Part shown: positions 21,797-33,623 of the stretch, in pieces
How positions within the stretch are numbered: position 1 is the stretch's first letter
How the letters are laid out: the number at the start of each line of letters is the position of its first letter
Source of the DNA: Gammaproteobacteria bacterium
GTDB lineage: Bacteria; Pseudomonadota; Gammaproteobacteria; SZUA-229
Assembly: GCA_026195895.1 (NCBI GenBank)
Contig: JAPHRO010000042.1
Span: 19,086-83,085, forward strand
Reading direction: 5' to 3'
DNA length: 64,000 nucleotides
Notes under the pieces: model-generated
The model's database searches: none
Told to the model about the DNA's origin: nothing
Seen by the model: only the letters and a program-made list of their open reading frames with translations
Made by a program: the position numbers and the translations under genes

Positions 21797-22504
21797 TCAC
21801 TCACCCGATTGCCTCCAGACACAGGCATCACCTAGCCGTCCCAGACTTTCCTCGTGCGCCGCCAGCTCATCGACACTGGCGCGGATGACGCGAATGGCAG
21901 GGCGACTGGAGTCCACTCGGCGAATCGGACTGGCCGTCATCGAACCATGGCCACCCTCACTATGACCACCCAGTGCCAGGGCCTCCTGACCGCCGGTCAT
22001 GCGTAAAAAAACTTCCGCCAGTAATTCAGCATCAAGCAATGCGCCGTGCAGTTCACGTTTTGAATTATTGACTTCGTAACGTTTACACAGGGCGTCCAGA
22101 TTATTTTTCTGACCGGGATGCTTCTTGCGAGCCATCACCAGTGAATCGGTAATCCGGCAATGATCCTTCACTTCACCCCATACCGGGCCCAGCATTTTCA
22201 GTTCATGGTTGATGAAGCCAACGTCGAAAGGCGCATTGTGAATAACCAGCTCGGCGCCATTTACAAACGCCATGAAATCTTCAACGATATCGCTGAACCG
22301 GGGCTTATCGGCAAGAAATTCGGTGCTGATACCATGCACTTCAAAAGCGCCCTCATCGATTTCTCGATCGGGTTGAATATATTGGTGGTAGGTATTTTCG
22401 GTTAACCGTCGGTTGATAACTTCAACACAGCCGATTTCAATTATCCGGTGCCCCTGACTGGGTTCCAGGCCGGTGGTTTCTGTATCGAGAACGATTTGTC
22501 GCAT
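21797..22504 (-). CDS. dnaQ: DNA polymerase III epsilon subunit
   Basis: LDTETTG, HNAPFD, HGALLDA DEDDh motifs. Confidence 0.96.
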   Translation of the reverse strand: MRQIVLDTETTGLEPSQGHRIIEIGCVEVINRRLTENTYHQYIQPDREIDEGAFEVHGISTEFLADKPRFSDIVEDFMAFVNGAELVIHNAPFDVGFINHELKMLGPVWGEVKDHCRITDSLVMARKKHPGQKNNLDALCKRYEVNNSKRELHGALLDAELLAEVFLRMTGGQEALALGGHSEGGHGSMTASPIRRVDSSRPAIRVIRASVDELAAHEESLGRLGDACVWRQSGE

Positions 22505-22566
22505 ATTGGCTCAGGTGGATTTTATTAATTGAAGACTAGCGCCGAGTTTACCTTCCGGCAGAATAT

Positions 22567-23010
22567 TTACAACTCATCAACGCCCCGATTCGCCAGTTCA
22601 TCGGCTCGCTCATTGCCTTCATGCCCCGCATGCCCTTTCACCCAGTGCCAGTCAACCTGATGCCTTTCGCGGGCCTGATCCAGCCGTTTCCATAAATCGG
22701 CATTTTTCACCGGTTTTTTAGCTGCATTCTTCCAGCCTTTCTTTTTCCAGCCATTGATCCAGTCGGTAATACCCTGCATGACATATTTTGAGTCGGTATA
22801 CAGCTCTACCCGGCAGGACCGCTTCAGAGACTCCAGCCCCTGGATAGCGGCCATCAGTTCCATACGATTATTGGTGGTCTCCAGCTCACCGCCATACAGT
22901 TCTTTTTCATGCCCCTGGTAACGCATGACGGCGCCCCAGCCTCCTGGGCCGGGATTACCTCGGCACGCACCATCGGTGTATAAAACTACAGTTTGATTCT
23001 GGTCAGTCAT
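22567..23010 (-). CDS. rnhA: ribonuclease HI
   Basis: [37 protein letters not shown]. Confidence 0.97.
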   Translation of the reverse strand: MTDQNQTVVLYTDGACRGNPGPGGWGAVMRYQGHEKELYGGELETTNNRMELMAAIQGLESLKRSCRVELYTDSKYVMQGITDWINGWKKKGWKNAAKKPVKNADLWKRLDQARERHQVDWHWVKGHAGHEGNERADELANRGVDEL

Positions 23011-23152
23011 AATTAATCAGGGGCTACCTTAAATAATATTTTTTAAAAATATGCTGCTATGTGATAATTATCCAGCAAAATGCGCTTACATGGATTACAC
23101 TCAAGGATTGTACACTTAACTAATAATAATTTTAGAAAAAGTTGTTAACACA

Positions 23153-24820
23153 TTGATATCATTAAAAATACTACGCAGTAAAACAGCATTTGTCAGATTT
23201 GTTCCCGGGCTCGCCATGATTGCATTTGGCAGTGGCTGCGCCCAGTTGCAAACTTCTCTGGATAATGCCGAGTCCCCCACCAGCATCGCCGACATTGCGG
23301 TGCCGAGCATCAGCCAATTTTCAGATCTCAACACCGATCTGGCGGATATTATAGATGAACACAGTTTCGGCATTAATGCTGACGACTATGTTGAAGAGAA
23401 CATTGAAAATATCTGGGATCGTATTCGCAACGGCTTTGAGCTGAAAGACAGCCCTGATCATCCCCGGCTGATGGCTGAACTTAAATGGTACAAAAAACAC
23501 GATAAGTACCTGGACAGAGTTGTTGAACGGGCAGAACCCTTCCTGCATTACATAGTTAATGAAGCGGAATCCCGTGGCATTCCCACCGAACTGGCACTCT
23601 TGCCCATTGTTGAAAGTGCCTTTCAGCCGTTTGCCTATTCCCATGGCCGCGCTGCCGGTATCTGGCAGTTTATCCCCTCCACTGGAAAAATATATGGACT
23701 GAAACAGAACTGGTGGTATGACGGCCGTCGTGATGTGCATGCCTCAACCAAAGCTGCACTTAAGTATTTAGAAAACCTGCACAGGGAATTTAAAGGCGAC
23801 TGGCTGCTGGCACTGGCAGCCTATAATTCTGGCTCGGGCACGGTGCGTCGTGCGATCAGAAAAAACAAGCGCCTCCACAAACCTACCGATTTCTGGAATC
23901 TAAAACTGCCCAAAGAAACTCAGGCCTATGTGCCAAAACTGCTGGCACTTAAACGCCTGGTAGCAGATCCTGCCGCGCACAATATTAGTTTACGCTGCGT
24001 CGCTGACATCCCCTATTTCGCAGTCGTCGACACCGATAGCCAGATTGATCTGGCCATGGCCGCCGAACTGGCCGAGCTCGACCTGGAAACAATATATCGC
24101 CTCAATCCTGGCTACAATCGCTGGGCGACTGATCCCTATGGCCCGCATAAACTACTGGTGCCGGTGGACAATGCGGAAGCCCTTAAACAGGGCCTGAGCC
24201 AATTACCTAAATCTGAGCGAATTAAATGGAAGCGCCATAAAATTAAAAATGGCGAAACCCTGAGCCATATCGCTGATCGATATTCGGTTTCTGTATCCAA
24301 CCTGAAGCGTCTTAATAATTTACGTTCAAACAATATTCGTGTTGGCAAACACCTGGTCATTCCAGTCTCCAGTCGCAAACTGTCTGATTACAACCTGACC
24401 GCCTATCAACGCAAAAAAACCCTGCAAAATATCCGTCGTAAAGGCAATAAGGTCGTGCATATCGTACAGCCTGGCGATACTTTCTGGGATTTATCCCGAC
24501 ATTACAAAGTCAATAGCCGTGATCTGGCTCGCTGGAATGGCATGGCAACACGAGACCCACTACGTGCTGGCCAGAAGCTGGTGGTATGGTCGCGCAAATC
24601 AGCCTCCGGCAATCGCGCCAGTGCGCGTATGGGCGGCAATACCATTCGACCTATTTCATATAAGGTAAGAAATGGTGATTCACTGTATCGAATTTCCCAA
24701 CGCTTCAATGTTGCGGTGAGAGACCTGCATCGCTGGAACGTTATTAAAGGCAAATACCTCAAGCCGGGACAAACCATAAAACTTTATGTCGACATCACCA
24801 ATCAATCTGGCGAAAGTTAA
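23153..24820 (+). CDS. mltD: lytic murein transglycosylase D (SLT + 3 LysM), lipoprotein
   Basis: LPIVES, AGIWQF, AAYNSG SLT motifs; three LysM repeats. Start uncertain. Confidence 0.9.
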   Translation: MISLKILRSKTAFVRFVPGLAMIAFGSGCAQLQTSLDNAESPTSIADIAVPSISQFSDLNTDLADIIDEHSFGINADDYVEENIENIWDRIRNGFELKDSPDHPRLMAELKWYKKHDKYLDRVVERAEPFLHYIVNEAESRGIPTELALLPIVESAFQPFAYSHGRAAGIWQFIPSTGKIYGLKQNWWYDGRRDVHASTKAALKYLENLHREFKGDWLLALAAYNSGSGTVRRAIRKNKRLHKPTDFWNLKLPKETQAYVPKLLALKRLVADPAAHNISLRCVADIPYFAVVDTDSQIDLAMAAELAELDLETIYRLNPGYNRWATDPYGPHKLLVPVDNAEALKQGLSQLPKSERIKWKRHKIKNGETLSHIADRYSVSVSNLKRLNNLRSNNIRVGKHLVIPVSSRKLSDYNLTAYQRKKTLQNIRRKGNKVVHIVQPGDTFWDLSRHYKVNSRDLARWNGMATRDPLRAGQKLVVWSRKSASGNRASARMGGNTIRPISYKVRNGDSLYRISQRFNVAVRDLHRWNVIKGKYLKPGQTIKLYVDITNQSGES

Positions 24821-24915
24821 AATCTAAATGAATGGGCTGTAGCTGAACAAAATTTACAACAACTCTATTTCAGAGTTGATTGTAAAAGGCAGATAAATTT
24901 TTTGAGTGAAATTAA

Positions 24916-25977
24916 ATGAGTCAAGAATTAGACGTAGCGCTACTGGCGCGATTTCAGCCACTAAATGCATTGAATCCTGACAATCTTCAGGAAATTGTAA
25001 AACAGATCAAATTAGAAAAAGTTGCTGCCGGAAAAACACTGTTTAAAAAAGGCGACACCCAGAATTCCCAGTTTTATATCGTTAAGGGCGAGATCGATTT
25101 ACTCGGTAATTCGGGCGTTTTAAAAACCATCAAAGGCGGCTCTGCCGATGGCTTTAACGCCATAGCACATATTCTGCCCCGCACCGTAACAGCAACAGCC
25201 AGAACCGATGCCATTATTTTTAAGGTAGATGGCAATCTGATTGACGTGATGTTGACGTGGGATCAGACAGGTAGTTATCAGGTCACAGAATTTGGTGTTG
25301 GCAGTGGCAACGGTGATGATGACTGGATGACACGCATACTACAGACCGAAGCCTTCCACCGAATCCCACCCGCTAATATCCAGGCCATATTTATGCGTAT
25401 GGAATCGATTCCGGTGAAAGCTGGCGAGACTATAATCAAACAGGGTGAAGACGGCGATTATTTTTATATTGTAAAAAAAGGTCGCTGTCTGGTGACTCGC
25501 TCCATGCCAGATCAGCCCAAAGGCATCAAGTTAGCCGAGTTAAAAGACGGTGACACCTTTGGTGAAGAAGCTTTAATATCCAGCGCAAACCGCAATGCAT
25601 CGGTCACCATGCTAACCGACGGTTTGTTAAGTCGCCTGGCCAAAACAGACTTTCTGGAATTACTTAACGAACCTTTGCTCAACTGGGTCAATTATGCAGA
25701 AGCACAAAAACTTATTGATGAACAGGGCGCACAATGGCTGGACGTTCGTCTACCCGCCGAGCATCAGGCGGATGCTATAAAAAACGACATTCACATCCCG
25801 CTTATTTTCCTCAGAATGAAAGCAGACTCCCTAAATAACGATCATCCCTATATCATATATTGTGATACCGGACGTCGCAGCTCGGCCGCTTCCTTCCTGC
25901 TAAACGAACGGGGATTAACAACTTATATCTTAACCGATGGTGTAGGCTCTGTTCCCGCTGAAGCCAGAACAGAATAA
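24916..25977 (+). CDS. tandem cyclic-nucleotide-binding domains + rhodanese domain
   Basis: FGEEAL...RNASV cNMP motif; LDVR and YCDTGRRS rhodanese active-site loop. Confidence 0.85.
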   Translation: MSQELDVALLARFQPLNALNPDNLQEIVKQIKLEKVAAGKTLFKKGDTQNSQFYIVKGEIDLLGNSGVLKTIKGGSADGFNAIAHILPRTVTATARTDAIIFKVDGNLIDVMLTWDQTGSYQVTEFGVGSGNGDDDWMTRILQTEAFHRIPPANIQAIFMRMESIPVKAGETIIKQGEDGDYFYIVKKGRCLVTRSMPDQPKGIKLAELKDGDTFGEEALISSANRNASVTMLTDGLLSRLAKTDFLELLNEPLLNWVNYAEAQKLIDEQGAQWLDVRLPAEHQADAIKNDIHIPLIFLRMKADSLNNDHPYIIYCDTGRRSSAASFLLNERGLTTYILTDGVGSVPAEARTE

Positions 25978-26000
25978 ACAATTCGTCACCTGCAGATTTT

Positions 26001-27614
26001 TTAGCTCCCGCTATAACCTGGGATTTTTGAATGATCCACCTCATCAATCTGATCCGGTGTTAAAAATTCATTGGCATACTGCAAATAAACTTTTTCTTCT
26101 ACGAAGACTTTGAAAATATCCGGATCAATATGATTATCCAGTTTCATCTTACCCAGAATATCCAGGCATTGCGTTAAGGTTTTTCCTTCCTTGTAGGGAC
26201 GATCGCGGGCACTCAGCGCTTCAAATATATCCGCTATACCCATCATCCGCGCCGGCCAGGACATCTGTTCTCGGGTTAATCCACGGGGATAGCCTTTACC
26301 ATCCATCCGTTCATGATGACCACCGGCATATTCCGGTACATGTTCCAGATGTTTTGGGAAAGGTAATTGACCAAGCATTTTGATGGTCACAGAAATATGA
26401 TTATTTATGATCTCGCGTTCTTCGTCAGTCAGCGTGCCTTTGGCGATATTCAGATTATTAACTTCATCTTCTGATAACAAATTGACCTCATCACCATCCG
26501 GATTGATCAGACGATATTGCGCAATTTGCCGAACCCGCTGCTGTTTTTCTTCAGACATATATTCACCACCCACATTAAAATGGTTAATAAATGCCCTGTC
26601 TTCGTCTAATTGTCTGATCGTTTGCTCATAGTCCGTTTTTATTTTCGTTAAAGCCGACTCATCATTCTGCTTCTGCGCCAGCATACTCTGTTCAAGCATT
26701 TTTATTTTTGCATCACGCTTCAATACTTCAAACCGTGTATTTACCGTGTGTATGCGATCGTAAATTGTTTCCAGCTTGGTTGATTTATCAATTACATATT
26801 CAGGTGTTGTGACTTTGCCACAATCATGCAACCAGCCAGCAATCATCAGTTCATAACGATCTTTGTCTTCCATGCTGAAATCTTTTAGCGGGCCGGTTTG
26901 ATTTTTGTTACAGGCATCAGCAATCATCAGGGTTAATTCTGGCAATCGTCTACAGTGGCCGCCGGTATAGGGTGATTTTTCATCAATAGCGGTCGCGATT
27001 AATTTTATGAACGCTTCGAATAATGCTTTCTGCTCATCAATCAGGCGTTTATTGGTGAGCGCCACTGCCGCCTGCGAGGCCAGAGACTCAGCCAGCTTCT
27101 GATCTTCTCTGCTAAATACTTTTACATTACCTTCATCATCGAGGGAATTAATTAACTGCAGGACACCAATAATGTCGCCCTTATGATTTTTCATCGGCAC
27201 CGTTAATAATGACTGGGTTCTATAACCGGTTTTTTCGTCAAATTTGCGCGTGCCGGAAAAATCATACCCTTCGGTATCATAAGCATCCGCTATATTAATA
27301 GTTTTCTGATTTACAACTGCACTGGTTACCACCATGGAAAGATTGTCATGGCCATCGACATGCAAAGGCAGGACAGGAAACTCTATCTCATGGCCGGTAG
27401 TGCCACCCATTTCGATGTCTAAAGAATCAGTTGATACAATTTCAAATTTTAATTCATCGTTATCAGTGACCGTATAGAGCGATCCACCATCCGCATTGGT
27501 TAATTTTTTTGCGCCATTTAAAATCAGCTCAAGCACACGTTGATTATTTTTCTCAGAAGATAGAACAATGCCAATTTCATTCAGCATATCTATTTTTGAT
27601 AACATTTTGTCCAT
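26001..27614 (-). CDS. GAF + HD-GYP phosphodiesterase
   Basis: GAF (FDEKTGYRTQSLL), WLHDCGK, HHERMDGKGYP. Confidence 0.9.
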   Translation of the reverse strand: MDKMLSKIDMLNEIGIVLSSEKNNQRVLELILNGAKKLTNADGGSLYTVTDNDELKFEIVSTDSLDIEMGGTTGHEIEFPVLPLHVDGHDNLSMVVTSAVVNQKTINIADAYDTEGYDFSGTRKFDEKTGYRTQSLLTVPMKNHKGDIIGVLQLINSLDDEGNVKVFSREDQKLAESLASQAAVALTNKRLIDEQKALFEAFIKLIATAIDEKSPYTGGHCRRLPELTLMIADACNKNQTGPLKDFSMEDKDRYELMIAGWLHDCGKVTTPEYVIDKSTKLETIYDRIHTVNTRFEVLKRDAKIKMLEQSMLAQKQNDESALTKIKTDYEQTIRQLDEDRAFINHFNVGGEYMSEEKQQRVRQIAQYRLINPDGDEVNLLSEDEVNNLNIAKGTLTDEEREIINNHISVTIKMLGQLPFPKHLEHVPEYAGGHHERMDGKGYPRGLTREQMSWPARMMGIADIFEALSARDRPYKEGKTLTQCLDILGKMKLDNHIDPDIFKVFVEEKVYLQYANEFLTPDQIDEVDHSKIPGYSGS

Positions 27615-27718
27615 TCTTAGGACCTCGGGTTAAGTGGACGCCGGTAAATTATCCGGAAAAATATTCAGGAAAATATTTAGTAGTGTATTAATGCTGATTC
27701 AGCCTTCAGGCAGTAACT

Positions 27719-28306
27719 TTAAAAGTCGCCTTTGGCAGCACGTTCCATGATGGCTTTAATTGTATCCTGCACCTTAACTGCTTCGACTTTTAATGCAGGA
27801 GGTAAAGACCGGCCCCCATGAATCATGATGTCCATATTTACTGCATACAACCAGAGCTTGCCTGCTTTATCTTCAACCACAGAAATTCTGCAGGGTAAAA
27901 AACTGGAAAAGGCATCATCATAATTCAGCATCGTTGCTGCCGTCATTGGATTACACAACAGGTAAATTTTTATATGTCTGAATGGGGCGCCAGAAATATT
28001 TTCAACTTCTTTCGATAGTGGTAACTGCCCCACCTGCTTTATATTTAATTCGTTGGCTATGTAGCGTATTGATTCATCAACATCATCAGCCGTAAGCCCT
28101 TCCTGCACCGGTACACGATTAACCATGGCGCTCACACCGGAACGATTTTCCAGAATCCGCTGGCCCAGATCCAGATAAACTGCTTTAGCTTTCGGGTCAA
28201 ATTCATCCATCATATCCAGAATGGGGGATATTTTTGAAACCGCAATAAATAATCCTATAACGCTGAACAGGCCAATCAGGGCCAAAATATTTTTTAACAT
28301 ATTCAT
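27719..28306 (-). CDS. DUF302-domain protein with N-terminal anchor
   Basis: LCNP..A and FLPCRISV motifs. Confidence 0.8.
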   Translation of the reverse strand: MNMLKNILALIGLFSVIGLFIAVSKISPILDMMDEFDPKAKAVYLDLGQRILENRSGVSAMVNRVPVQEGLTADDVDESIRYIANELNIKQVGQLPLSKEVENISGAPFRHIKIYLLCNPMTAATMLNYDDAFSSFLPCRISVVEDKAGKLWLYAVNMDIMIHGGRSLPPALKVEAVKVQDTIKAIMERAAKGDF

Positions 28307-29688
28307 TATTTCTGTATCCCACCTAAGGTAAGCCCATAAGGAGCAAGCAGGCGCTGCAGTTCTGCGCGCGGCAGATCGGTCATTTCTTCCGCCACATCAA
28401 TTACCGCACGCCCTTCCGCATAAGCGGTTTTGGCTATTTTTGCCCCCAGCTCATAACCGATAACAGGATTCAGTGCAGTCACCAGAATGGGGTTGCGATC
28501 CAGCGCCGCATTAATATTGTCACGATTGACAGTAAATCCAGCCATGGCTTTATCTGCCAGCATACGCGAACCGTTTGCCAGTATCTCAATGCTTTGTAAC
28601 AGATTATAGGCAATTACCGGTAACATCACATTGAGCTGAAAATTACCCGACTGCCCCCCAATGGTAATGGCGGCATCATTACCAATAACCTGAGCGCAGA
28701 CCATCGCCATGGATTCAGGTATCACCGGATTGACCTTGCCGGGCATTATGCTGCTTCCCGGCTGCAATGCAGGTAAGGCAATTTCGCCTAGCCCGGCCAG
28801 TGGGCCACTGTTCATCCAGCGCAGGTCATTGGAGATTTTCATTAAACTTGTGGCGATGGTTTTAAGCTGTCCACTCAGTTCAACCGCTGCATCCTGCGCG
28901 CTTAAGCCTTCGAATTTGTCATTATTGGATGAAAAGGCTTCGCCGGTTTTATGACTCAGGCAACGGGCTACCCGCTCACCAAAGTCCGCATGCGCATTGA
29001 TGCCGGTACCTACTGCGGTACCTCCCTGTACCAGCGAGCTGATTCTGGGCAGTACCGCCTTCAGGCGCTCAATACCCCGCTCTATCTGCGCGGCCCAGCC
29101 ACCCAGCTCCTGTGACATGCGTACTGGCATGGCATCCATTAAGTGGGTGCGCCCGGTTTTCACCACTTCATCAAGTTCGTTGGCGCGTTTTTCAATGACC
29201 TGTTTCAGATGCTCCAGTGCTGGCAATAAGGATCCCGCTGTTTCCAGAGTAGCACTGACATGAATCGCCGTCGGGATCACATCATTGGAGCTTTGCCCCA
29301 TATTAACGTGATCATTGGGATGAATTTTTTGCCCGGATGAGCGACTGGCAACATAGGCAATCACCTCATTGGCATTCATATTGGTGCTGGTACCCGAACC
29401 GGTCTGAAAAATATCGATGGGGAAATGTTCGTCATAAGCACCGGCTGAAACCTCGTCTGCCGCACCGATAATAGCCTCGGCGGTTTTTGCATCCATATCA
29501 CCCAGATCCCGATTCACCTCAGCACAGGCGGCCTTGATCAGACCCAGGGCACGAATAAACGACCGGGGAACACGCAGCCCACTAACCGGAAAATTATCTA
29601 CGGCACGTTGCGTCTGGGCGCCATAGAAAGCACCCGCCGGTACCTTCAGTTCGCCCATGCTGTCTTTTTCAGTACGGAATTCGGTCAT
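28306..29688 (-). CDS. fumC: class II fumarate hydratase
   Basis: GSSIMPGKVNP, QTGSGTSTNMNANE, GRTHLMDA. Confidence 0.95.
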   Translation of the reverse strand: MTEFRTEKDSMGELKVPAGAFYGAQTQRAVDNFPVSGLRVPRSFIRALGLIKAACAEVNRDLGDMDAKTAEAIIGAADEVSAGAYDEHFPIDIFQTGSGTSTNMNANEVIAYVASRSSGQKIHPNDHVNMGQSSNDVIPTAIHVSATLETAGSLLPALEHLKQVIEKRANELDEVVKTGRTHLMDAMPVRMSQELGGWAAQIERGIERLKAVLPRISSLVQGGTAVGTGINAHADFGERVARCLSHKTGEAFSSNNDKFEGLSAQDAAVELSGQLKTIATSLMKISNDLRWMNSGPLAGLGEIALPALQPGSSIMPGKVNPVIPESMAMVCAQVIGNDAAITIGGQSGNFQLNVMLPVIAYNLLQSIEILANGSRMLADKAMAGFTVNRDNINAALDRNPILVTALNPVIGYELGAKIAKTAYAEGRAVIDVAEEMTDLPRAELQRLLAPYGLTLGGIQK

Positions 29689-29894
29689 TTTGACTCCTTA
29701 TATATCTTTGCCCATGCCTGTATAATTCATCGCATTGTTTTTAAAGGCGGCTGAGTTGAACACATTCAACATGACTAGACATTCAGCCGCAAGCTTTAAA
29801 GATCTAGATTTTAGCCTGATTTCATATTGAATGAAGGTATCTATCAATCAAAACATGGTAACTGTTCAGATTGCCCCTGTACGGTTAAAAATAA

Positions 29895-31274
<1,380 letters not shown>

Positions 31275-31284
31275 TTAGACCATA

Positions 31285-31317
31285 CGGGGTGGGCATTGCT
31301 CACCCCGGCTATTTTTT
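31285..31317 (+). terminator. probable intrinsic terminator after purB
   Basis: CGGGGTGGGC-ATT-GCTCACCCCG hairpin followed by a T tract. Confidence 0.55.
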
Positions 31318-31351
31318 AAATAGCGAAGTCCAATTCAAGAGAACCAGCAGC

Positions 31352-32506
31352 ATGCATGCATCTCCAAATCCACTTGGTGATCTCTCCCCGGAAAATTTCT
31401 TAACAGAATACTGGCAAAAAAAAGTGCTGGTGGTCCGCCAGGCCTTGCCAGATTTTAAATCGCCGTTGACCGCAGAAGAACTGGCGGGCCTGTCCTGTGA
31501 GGAAGAAGTCAATTCCAGAATTGTCATGGAAAAAGACGGCGAGCATCCCTGGTATCCGATCTTCGGCCCCATGGATGATGAAGTTTTTTCCAGGCTGCCA
31601 GAAACTCACTGGACATTAATTGTTAATGATCTGGAAAAATATGTCCCCGAACTTGCCTGGATTGTTGATCGATTTCGCTTTATACCTGAATGGCGCTTTG
31701 ATGATTTAATGACCAGTTATGCAGCCGACCAGGGCTCCGTAGGCCCGCATCTGGATCTGTATGATGTGTTCATTATCCAGGGCCAGGGGAAACGCCGCTG
31801 GCAAATCAATACCCAGCCTGTTGCCACAGACAATCAGGTTGATAACACACCGCTACGCATTCAAAAAACATTTGCAGCCGAACAGGAATGGATACTGGAA
31901 CCCGGTGATATGATTTATATCCCACCCAATGTATCCCATTATGGCGTATCACTGGGCGAAAGCATTAGTTATTCTGTTGGCTATCGCGCTACCAGTCATG
32001 CTGATCTGGTCAATGATTTTGTCGGCTATATTACCCAAAATCTGGCACCGCAACTTACTTATCAGGATCCAGATTTAAAGCTCCAGAAACATCCGAACGA
32101 AATAACACCGGATGCCATCAAACGCATAGCTGACATATTCAAAAATTATCTGAATCCTGAACACCCGGAACTGCTCAAATGGTTTGGCCAATATACCAGC
32201 GACACCAGAACAGATCTCATCACTGAACCTGAACAGCCGATCCATACCATTTACGACTTACCCCTGTTGCCGGGCAGCAATAAAGCATTGATAAGACACC
32301 CCGCCAGTCGTTTTGCCTTTTCACGAAACCATGACACTGCATTACTTTTTATTGATGGCGCCAGCTACACCACCTCAATTAGTTTTGCTGAAAATATTTG
32401 TCACAACCGAAAAATCAATCTGGAAACCCTGTTGAGCCAGTCCCGGCAGGATGATGAAAAATTAATCATAGAACTCTATAACCGGGGCAAGATTTATATT
32501 GCTTAA
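31352..32506 (+). CDS. roxA: JmjC/cupin ribosomal protein uL16 hydroxylase (YcfD/RoxA family)
   Basis: YWQKK, WRFDDLM, VGPHLDLYDVF (HxD), LEPGDMIYIPP..SHYG; follows purB. Confidence 0.85.
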   Translation: MHASPNPLGDLSPENFLTEYWQKKVLVVRQALPDFKSPLTAEELAGLSCEEEVNSRIVMEKDGEHPWYPIFGPMDDEVFSRLPETHWTLIVNDLEKYVPELAWIVDRFRFIPEWRFDDLMTSYAADQGSVGPHLDLYDVFIIQGQGKRRWQINTQPVATDNQVDNTPLRIQKTFAAEQEWILEPGDMIYIPPNVSHYGVSLGESISYSVGYRATSHADLVNDFVGYITQNLAPQLTYQDPDLKLQKHPNEITPDAIKRIADIFKNYLNPEHPELLKWFGQYTSDTRTDLITEPEQPIHTIYDLPLLPGSNKALIRHPASRFAFSRNHDTALLFIDGASYTTSISFAENICHNRKINLETLLSQSRQDDEKLIIELYNRGKIYIA

Positions 32507-32509
32507 CCC

Positions 32510-32938
32510 ATGGACTTTAAACTTCTTCAAACCAGCTGGAACGATAAGCAACAAGCGCTTTCATATATAAGAAGTGAAGTTTTTATCAGGGAACAGCAGG
32601 TTCCTGCAGAACTGGAATGGGACGACGAAGATCAAAACTGCATCCATATACTGGCAACAGATATTGATGACCAGCCTGTCGCTACCGCAAGAATGAAGCC
32701 CGATGGCCACATAGGTAGAATGGCCGTGCTCAGGGCATTCAGAAACCAGGGCATAGGCTCTGCCATACTAAATAAACTAACTGATATAGCTAAACAACAA
32801 AAAATTAATAAACTATATCTGCACGCGCAAACTTCGGCCATAAACTTTTATGCACAACACGGCTTTGCTATCTGCAGTAACGAATTCATGGATGCCGGCA
32901 TCCCCCATAGAACTATGGAGAAAATTCTGCCATATTAG
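32510..32938 (+). CDS. GNAT acetyltransferase (ElaA/YjcF-like)
   Basis: IRSEVFIREQQVP, IGRMAV...RNQGIG, FMDAGIPH. Confidence 0.88.
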   Translation: MDFKLLQTSWNDKQQALSYIRSEVFIREQQVPAELEWDDEDQNCIHILATDIDDQPVATARMKPDGHIGRMAVLRAFRNQGIGSAILNKLTDIAKQQKINKLYLHAQTSAINFYAQHGFAICSNEFMDAGIPHRTMEKILPY

Positions 32939-32970
32939 TAATATTGAAGTGGAATAGAGAGAACCGGATC

Positions 32971-33492
32971 ATGAGCCTTTTTGATATCACAAACTTCGAG
33001 CGACAGGGAAACACCGTCAATGACATCCATCTCGATAATATTGATGATATTCGTAAATTTGTTATTCAGCTTTCTGCCACTGCGCTGCGCACAGTAAAAA
33101 TATTTACACCGAATTTGGAACGTGAAATTTATGACAATGAATACTTTCGTAATAATTTACTCAAATTCGCACGCGGCAATCGGCACGCACAGATTCAAAT
33201 ACTGGTAAACGACTTATCTTCAGCCATACACAATGGCCACCAGCTCATCCGGTTAGCGCAACAACTCCCATCGGCCATGCAAATAAAAACCACACCGGAA
33301 GATTATCAGGACACCAGCATGGCCTTTATTCTGGTTGATCAGTCTGGTTTTGTATTCAAACCTGACAGGAACGTTCAAAATGCAATATACAACACAGACT
33401 GCAAACACAGAGCAAACAAACTGCTGGAATTCTTTACCCCCGCCTGGGAACAGGCAGAACAGGATCCGCATAGCAGACAATTTAGAATATAA
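32971..33492 (+). CDS. conserved hypothetical protein (usual partner of the upstream GNAT)
   Basis: Clean ORF in operon with roxA-GNAT; no catalytic motif recognised. Confidence 0.65.
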   Translation: MSLFDITNFERQGNTVNDIHLDNIDDIRKFVIQLSATALRTVKIFTPNLEREIYDNEYFRNNLLKFARGNRHAQIQILVNDLSSAIHNGHQLIRLAQQLPSAMQIKTTPEDYQDTSMAFILVDQSGFVFKPDRNVQNAIYNTDCKHRANKLLEFFTPAWEQAEQDPHSRQFRI

Positions 33493-33550
33493 CTGTATAG
33501 TATTTTGTTGTTCTTTACAGGCAATACCCGCTATTAATACTGACAAAACA

Positions 33551-33568
33551 TATCAGAAAAACCTTACA
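33551..33568 (+). promoter_or_regulatory. GacA/UvrY-type upstream activating box
   Basis: TATCAG-AAAAAC-CTTACA vs TGTAAG-N6-CTTACA; about 55 bp upstream of the sRNA candidate; -10-like CATACT at 33612. Confidence 0.6.
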
Positions 33569-33623
33569 ATAACTGATGAAAAACACCATATACGGTTCTT
33601 AAAAGAAAAGACATACTAACAGC

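Noticed and set aside
27641-27676. Three imperfect 12-bp repeats (CCGGTAAATTAT/CCGGAAAAATAT/TCAGGAAATATT)
   Set aside because: Too short and degenerate to distinguish from chance or an ordinary operator.
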